Part shown: in pieces, positions 33,596-38,155 of the stretch | Layout of the letters: every line of letters starts with the position of its first letter | Numbering within the stretch: the first letter of the stretch is position 1 | NCBI GenBank assembly: GCA_038870415.1 | Contig: JAWCPE010000002.1 | Span: 1-38,155, forward strand | Direction: 5' to 3' | Source of the DNA: Candidatus Bathyarchaeia archaeon | GTDB taxonomy: Archaea > Thermoproteota > CALKCG01 > B24 > JAWCPE01 | Length of the DNA: 38,155 bases | Position numbers and translations under genes: made by a program | The notes under the pieces: generated by a model | What the model saw: the letters and a program-made list of their open reading frames with translations, nothing else | Told to the model about the DNA's origin: nothing | The model's database searches: none

Positions 33596-34717
33596 TTAGC
33601 TTGGCTTGTAGACTCTCCCATGCTGGTACATGGCGAAGATGTTCTCCGCGGGCACGTCGGGGCCTACGGTGCTCGTCGGCGCTAGGACGTAGCCTCCCCC
33701 GGCGGCTGCGAGGTCTATGCATCTCTCCACGTCCCTCTTCACGTCTTCCACCGTGCCGAAGGGAAGCGTCGTCGTCACGGATATGCTGCCGAAGAGGAGG
33801 AGCTTCCTCCCCGACCTCGCCTTCATCTCGGCGAGCTTTGCGAAGTCTACTCCGGACTCTTCCTGGAACCCTTGGAGGCCGTCTATGCCTACGTCTATCA
33901 GCCTTTCAAGGATGGGGGTTATATTCCCGTCGCAATGCCATATGGTCTTGACGCCGGCGTTCCTGAGGGGCTGTATCGCCCTTTCCAAGTAGGGAAAATA
34001 GATCTCGTCTAGGAGCCTCGGCGAGAGCATGGGGCCGTGGTCGTAGCAGATGTCTTGGCCGCCGTAGACGAAGGGGGGCAGACCCTCCTCTCTTACAGCC
34101 TTCGCGATGACCTCGTTCTGAAGCCTCCCTTGCTCCGCGGAGTACTCGAACAGCCGCTTCATCTCGTTCCTGTACCGTACACAGGCGAGCAGGTAGGGCC
34201 GGTAGCCGAAGAGACTGTACCACATGAAGACGCATTGGCCGTACCCCTGCAGCCAGAGGAGGTCTTCGCCGCACTCCTCCTGAGCCTGCTTCATGCCGGT
34301 AACGTACCGGTCGTACTCCTCGTCGAAGCTGAAGTCCGCCCTCAGGTCTTCGAGCCTCGGCAGGTCGCGGACATACTCGACCACGTCGTCCGGGGTCTTG
34401 AAGCGGAGCGGGTCTACGTCCCGCGCCGCGGAGAGGCTGAACTCCGTCGCCCCGCCAAGGGTGCCCTTCGTGGTCTGCTCACGCGGCTTCGGCAAGACCA
34501 TCTGGATGATGATATCGGCGCCCACGTTCCGGTACGCTTGAAGGGCGGCCCTCATAGGGTTCTCCCACGTGTTCATGGTGAAACCGTACTTCAGCCTCAC
34601 CCCGCTCGCTTGGGCTAGAAACCCCGGGTGCGCGCACCAGCCGCCCTCCATGGGGACCCTATCGGTCTCCTCGAACATCAACGCCCTGAGAGCCCTCTCC
34701 CTACCCGTTAGGTTCAA
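33596..34717 (-). CDS. uroporphyrinogen decarboxylase (URO-D) family protein
   Basis: 373 aa. The N-terminus LTGRERALRALMFEETDRVPM and overall TIM-barrel-like length are typical of URO-D/MtaA-like family members. Substrate unknown. Confidence 0.65.
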   Translation of the reverse strand: MNLTGRERALRALMFEETDRVPMEGGWCAHPGFLAQASGVRLKYGFTMNTWENPMRAALQAYRNVGADIIIQMVLPKPREQTTKGTLGGATEFSLSAARDVDPLRFKTPDDVVEYVRDLPRLEDLRADFSFDEEYDRYVTGMKQAQEECGEDLLWLQGYGQCVFMWYSLFGYRPYLLACVRYRNEMKRLFEYSAEQGRLQNEVIAKAVREEGLPPFVYGGQDICYDHGPMLSPRLLDEIYFPYLERAIQPLRNAGVKTIWHCDGNITPILERLIDVGIDGLQGFQEESGVDFAKLAEMKARSGRKLLLFGSISVTTTLPFGTVEDVKRDVERCIDLAAAGGGYVLAPTSTVGPDVPAENIFAMYQHGRVYKPS

Positions 34718-34734
34718 GCGGCTTCCCTCCGCCG

Positions 34735-35835
34735 TCAGAGTTCGCGGAAATCCGGGACAGGCAGAGGCTTTCCGCCTTGCTTGATAGACTCCTCTGATAC
34801 CAGGCCCGGCGCGGTGAAGTTCAACGCGTCGTAGATGTCGATCGGCGGCTTTGTATCGTTCAGGATACTGTCTAGGAAGTCTCTGGCTACGAAGTAGTCG
34901 CCTCCCCAGTGGCCGGCCTTCAACGCTTCCTCCGGTGGCTTACGCCATATGTCCGGTAGGTATTGTTCTTCGAGGTCAGAGAGGGGCCGCCACTTGTTCG
35001 GGTCCCCGCTGAAGCCCGCGAGCCAGACCTTATGGTCGTCGCCGAGGCCTCGGGGCGCCTCGTAGCAGCCCCTCGTCCCCTGCAGGCTGTAATAGGCCAT
35101 GTTATGCGGCCGGTTCGAGAGCATGTCAAGCCTTATCTTTATAAGGGCGCCGCTCTCGGTCTTGCAGAGCATAAGCACGGTGTCGTCCATCAAGTGTTCA
35201 GGGTCGGTGTGTCTCCCGGAGCCGAGGCAGGAGACTGTTACGACGCGCTCGTCGAACCATTGCAGGACGGGGCCGAGGCTGTGGGTTCCATACGTGCAGC
35301 CGTTTCGTCCGACCTGCCAGTAGTACCGCCAGGTGGGCTTCCCCCTCTCGTCATGGTGGAGGCTCTTCACGTCGTGGACGTACTCGCCCTCCGCGAAGTA
35401 GACCTCGCCGAAGAGCCCCTGCCGGACCATGTTCCTGACAAGGACGTTCGACTTGGTGTAGCAGTAGTTCTCCGCCATCATGTATTTCGCCCTGCTCGCC
35501 CTAGCCGCCTGAAGGAGAAGGTGACACTCGTCCAGCGAGATGGCGGCCGTCACCTCGCTCAACACGTGGATGTTAGACTTAAGGGCTGAGATTGCCTGCG
35601 GCGCATGGAACTGCATAGGCGTAGCGACCACCGCGACCTCGACGCCGCTCGCGAGCATATCCTCGTAGTCCAGATAACGGCCCTTGATGCCGAGAGAGCC
35701 CCCTACCTTGTTCAGGGTGTCCTGGTTGACATCGCAGATAGCGGTGACCTCCGTCTCCTTGAACGTGGTAAAGGTTCGGATGAACGATGGACCCCTGTGG
35801 AGACCGGCAACACCGACCCTGAGCCTGTCTACCAT
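34735..35835 (-). CDS. Gfo/Idh/MocA family oxidoreductase
   Basis: 366 aa: LRVGVAGLHRG..VTAICD Rossmann lead, then LSEVTAA in place of the canonical EKP motif. Confidence 0.8.
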   Translation of the reverse strand: MVDRLRVGVAGLHRGPSFIRTFTTFKETEVTAICDVNQDTLNKVGGSLGIKGRYLDYEDMLASGVEVAVVATPMQFHAPQAISALKSNIHVLSEVTAAISLDECHLLLQAARASRAKYMMAENYCYTKSNVLVRNMVRQGLFGEVYFAEGEYVHDVKSLHHDERGKPTWRYYWQVGRNGCTYGTHSLGPVLQWFDERVVTVSCLGSGRHTDPEHLMDDTVLMLCKTESGALIKIRLDMLSNRPHNMAYYSLQGTRGCYEAPRGLGDDHKVWLAGFSGDPNKWRPLSDLEEQYLPDIWRKPPEEALKAGHWGGDYFVARDFLDSILNDTKPPIDIYDALNFTAPGLVSEESIKQGGKPLPVPDFREL

Positions 35836-36092
35836 ATAACCTCGCCTAAAGCTCAGGCCTAGGTATGCCTCACAGGATAGTTAACATCTTTGATCGAAGC
35901 TTCTCAGCCCAGTGCCTGAACCCCGCCACCAGCGTCCTAGGAAGAACCCGTAAGGTACCTTCAAAGGGCGTCCCTGATCATCTGAAAAGTAAGCTAGCGG
36001 CTTTCAGAAGCTTGGGAAACAGCAACGCAGAGAGCGCCGCCGATCGGTAGCTGATCGGACGTGATAGGATAGGCCTTCGGCCGAGCGTCGTC

Positions 36093-36923
36093 TCAATACG
36101 CGTAGAGGTTTCCGTAAGGCCTCGTAGAGACGGGTATGAGTTTCTGGAACTCGCCTTCGAGCGCTTCGTTAAGGCTCACGTTGAAGAAGCGGCAGTAATC
36201 CTCGGCTAGGCTCTTAACGAGCTTATGGTCTTCCTGGGTCATCTCTTTGACGCCTACCTCCTTGCCTAAATGGGCGACGCTTCCCTTGATGTAGATTGCG
36301 CCGCCGTGCATCCCCGTGCCCACGTAGCTCGCCTTATGTCCACCGCCGCTTGGAAGCGTCAGGCCTAAGACGAGTAGGACGCCGCCTGCCATGTACTCGC
36401 CTAGGAAGTCTTGGACGGTCCCGCCGACGACGAGGATGGGCTTCTTCTCCGCGTACTCCTTCATGTGGATGCCGACGCGGTAACCGGCGTCGTCACGGAT
36501 GAAGATGCGGCCGCCCCTCATCCCGTAGCCGGTTATATCCCCAGCTCTGCCGTGGACGATGATCTCCCCGTTATCCATCGTGTTGCCGCAGGCGTCCTGA
36601 ACGTTCCCATGCACGATTATCCTCGGCCCGTTCATGAAGGCCCCGAGGTCGTTCCCCGGCGTTCCGTAGATGTGAAGCTCTAAATCCGAGTGGAGGCTCG
36701 TCCCCACGTACCTTTGCCCATAGACGTTCCGCAACTCGACCCGTTTCACGCGGCCGCCGCCCAGGGTTCTCAGCAGAGCGTTAAGGTCGCGGTAGTGGAG
36801 GCCCTCCGCGTCTACCTCCGCGACGCCGTCGCGGAGCCTGACCGGCTCAGCGTTCATGTAGAACGAGGCGGAGCCGAGAAGGTTGTTCAGCTCTTCTTCT
36901 CTCGTTGCGTTTATGTCTGCCAT
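36093..36923 (-). CDS. glutamate synthase domain-3-like protein (GXGXG motif)
   Basis: 276 aa with a right-handed beta-helix repeat pattern: IYGTPGNDLGAFMNGPRIIVHGNVQDACGNTMDNGEIIVHGRAGDITGYGMRGGRIFI. Confidence 0.8.
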   Translation of the reverse strand: MADINATREEELNNLLGSASFYMNAEPVRLRDGVAEVDAEGLHYRDLNALLRTLGGGRVKRVELRNVYGQRYVGTSLHSDLELHIYGTPGNDLGAFMNGPRIIVHGNVQDACGNTMDNGEIIVHGRAGDITGYGMRGGRIFIRDDAGYRVGIHMKEYAEKKPILVVGGTVQDFLGEYMAGGVLLVLGLTLPSGGGHKASYVGTGMHGGAIYIKGSVAHLGKEVGVKEMTQEDHKLVKSLAEDYCRFFNVSLNEALEGEFQKLIPVSTRPYGNLYAY

Positions 36924-36929
36924 CTTGAA

Positions 36930-38141
36930 TCAGTCTCCTGCCATCTTGACTCCTAGAATGCGAAGCTCCGTGTCGGTCAAGCCTACGCCTCGTAGGTGCA
37001 GCCTGTTCCCTCGGAGGCTCTCGATGGCGTTGATGCCCATGCCTCCCATCATCTCCTTGATCTCTAAGCTCCAGCCCTTGAGCAGGTTGACGAGCCGCCG
37101 CGTCGCGATGTCCGGGTTGACACGCTTCCCAATCCAGGGGTCTGAGGTCGCGATCCCCCAGGCGCACTTGCCGGTGTGGCATTTCTGACAGAGCGTGCAG
37201 CCTATCGCGACGAGCGCCGCCGTTCCGATATAGACGGCGTCCGCGCCTAGGGCGATCGCCTTCACCACGTCCGCGCTGCTCTTGATGCCTCCCGCCGCCA
37301 CGATCGAGGCCCTGTTCCTGATGCCCTCGTCTCGAAGCCTCTGGTCCACCGCTGCAAGGGCTAACTCGATGGGGATGCCCACGTTGTCACGGATAACCCT
37401 CGGGGCGGCTCCGGTAGCGCCGCGGACCCCATCGATCGCTACGACATCGGCGCCGGCCCTCACGATGCCGCTCGCGATGGCCGCCGAGTTATGCACGGCC
37501 GCGATCTTGACCGAGACGGGCTTCGCGTAGTCGGTCGCCTCCTTCAACGCGTAGATGAGCTGCCGTAGGTCCTCTATGGAGTAGATGTCATGCTGCGGCG
37601 CCGGCGAGAGGGCGTCCGTGCCGGCAGGGATCATCCTCGTCCGGGATATCTCAGGGCCGACCTTCTCGCCGGGCAGGTGGCCGCCTATCCCGGGCTTCGC
37701 TCCTTGGCCGATCTTGATCTCGAGCATAGCGCCTACGTTCAGGTACTCTGGGTAGACGCCGAAGCGGCCTGAGGCGACCTGCACGATCGTGTGGTCCCCA
37801 TACTTGAAGAGTCTCCTGTCGAGGCCTCCTTCGCCGGTGTTGAAGAGCGTCCCATACTCCGCGGCGGCGCGGGCTAGGGCCTCGTGGACGTTGAGGCTGA
37901 TCGCCCCATAGGAGAGCGCCGAGAAGATGATGGGCGTCTCCAAGGTGACCTGCGGCGCAAGCTTCGTCTCGAGCATCACGTCTCCGTCGACGAACTCCAT
38001 CCGGAGGCTGTCAGGCTTCGCGCCTAGGAAGGTCCGTAGCTCCATCGGCTCCCTTAACGGGTCTATCGAGGGGTTCGTCACCTGGCTCGCGTTGAGCAGA
38101 AGACTATCCCAGTAGGTGTAGTAGGGCTTATCGCAGCCCAT
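36930..38141 (-). CDS. gltB: glutamate synthase FMN-binding domain-2 protein (archaeal split GltB)
   Basis: 403 aa: LEIKIGQGAKPGIGGHLPGEKV, GEGG, and the Fe-S cysteines CTLCQKCHTGKC. The stop of a preceding minus-strand gene appears at 38144-38146. Confidence 0.85.
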   Translation of the reverse strand: MGCDKPYYTYWDSLLLNASQVTNPSIDPLREPMELRTFLGAKPDSLRMEFVDGDVMLETKLAPQVTLETPIIFSALSYGAISLNVHEALARAAAEYGTLFNTGEGGLDRRLFKYGDHTIVQVASGRFGVYPEYLNVGAMLEIKIGQGAKPGIGGHLPGEKVGPEISRTRMIPAGTDALSPAPQHDIYSIEDLRQLIYALKEATDYAKPVSVKIAAVHNSAAIASGIVRAGADVVAIDGVRGATGAAPRVIRDNVGIPIELALAAVDQRLRDEGIRNRASIVAAGGIKSSADVVKAIALGADAVYIGTAALVAIGCTLCQKCHTGKCAWGIATSDPWIGKRVNPDIATRRLVNLLKGWSLEIKEMMGGMGINAIESLRGNRLHLRGVGLTDTELRILGVKMAGD

Positions 38142-38155
38142 CCCCGTCAGGATGA

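Noticed and set aside
1-38155. CRISPR arrays, tRNA or rRNA genes
   Set aside because: No regularly spaced direct repeats were seen. No T-loop GGTTC[GA]A[AT]TCC-type motif with acceptor-stem pairing occurs in any spacer, and there are no rRNA-like stretches.

Overview
GC-rich archaeal chromosomal segment, probably TACK/Thermoproteota-like. Markers are ribosomal proteins S26e and L15e, glycerol-1-phosphate dehydrogenase, archaeal-type ProRS and a split archaeal glutamate synthase. Most of the window is housekeeping and sugar or amino-compound metabolism: an aminotransferase, a PfkB kinase, two SelA-like PLP enzymes around an MBL hydrolase and an amidohydrolase, two Gfo/Idh/MocA oxidoreductases, a URO-D family protein, a GT4 glycosyltransferase and several transporters. 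I found no rRNA, tRNA or CRISPR array. The strongest candidate for a new system is a two-gene minus-strand operon at 2423-5781. A radical-SAM/SPASM enzyme with an N-terminal PqqD-like recognition domain is translationally coupled to a 630-aa DUF2207-like membrane protein. The predicted cytoplasmic part of that protein carries an alternating-cysteine repeat, CHCVCACVSCACVCACVSCACACASGGG. Other observations: a repeated non-coding sequence block in three intergenic regions, a candidate C/D-box sRNA with its own TATA box, a cytidine deaminase gene broken at a poly-C tract, a decayed IS-like element and an integrase-like remnant flanking rpl15e, and a palindrome-rich leader region upstream of a VIT/DUF211 operon. 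Many long ORFs in the supplied track are antisense shadows typical of GC-rich DNA and were not called. All homology calls come from reading motifs by eye; no searches were run.
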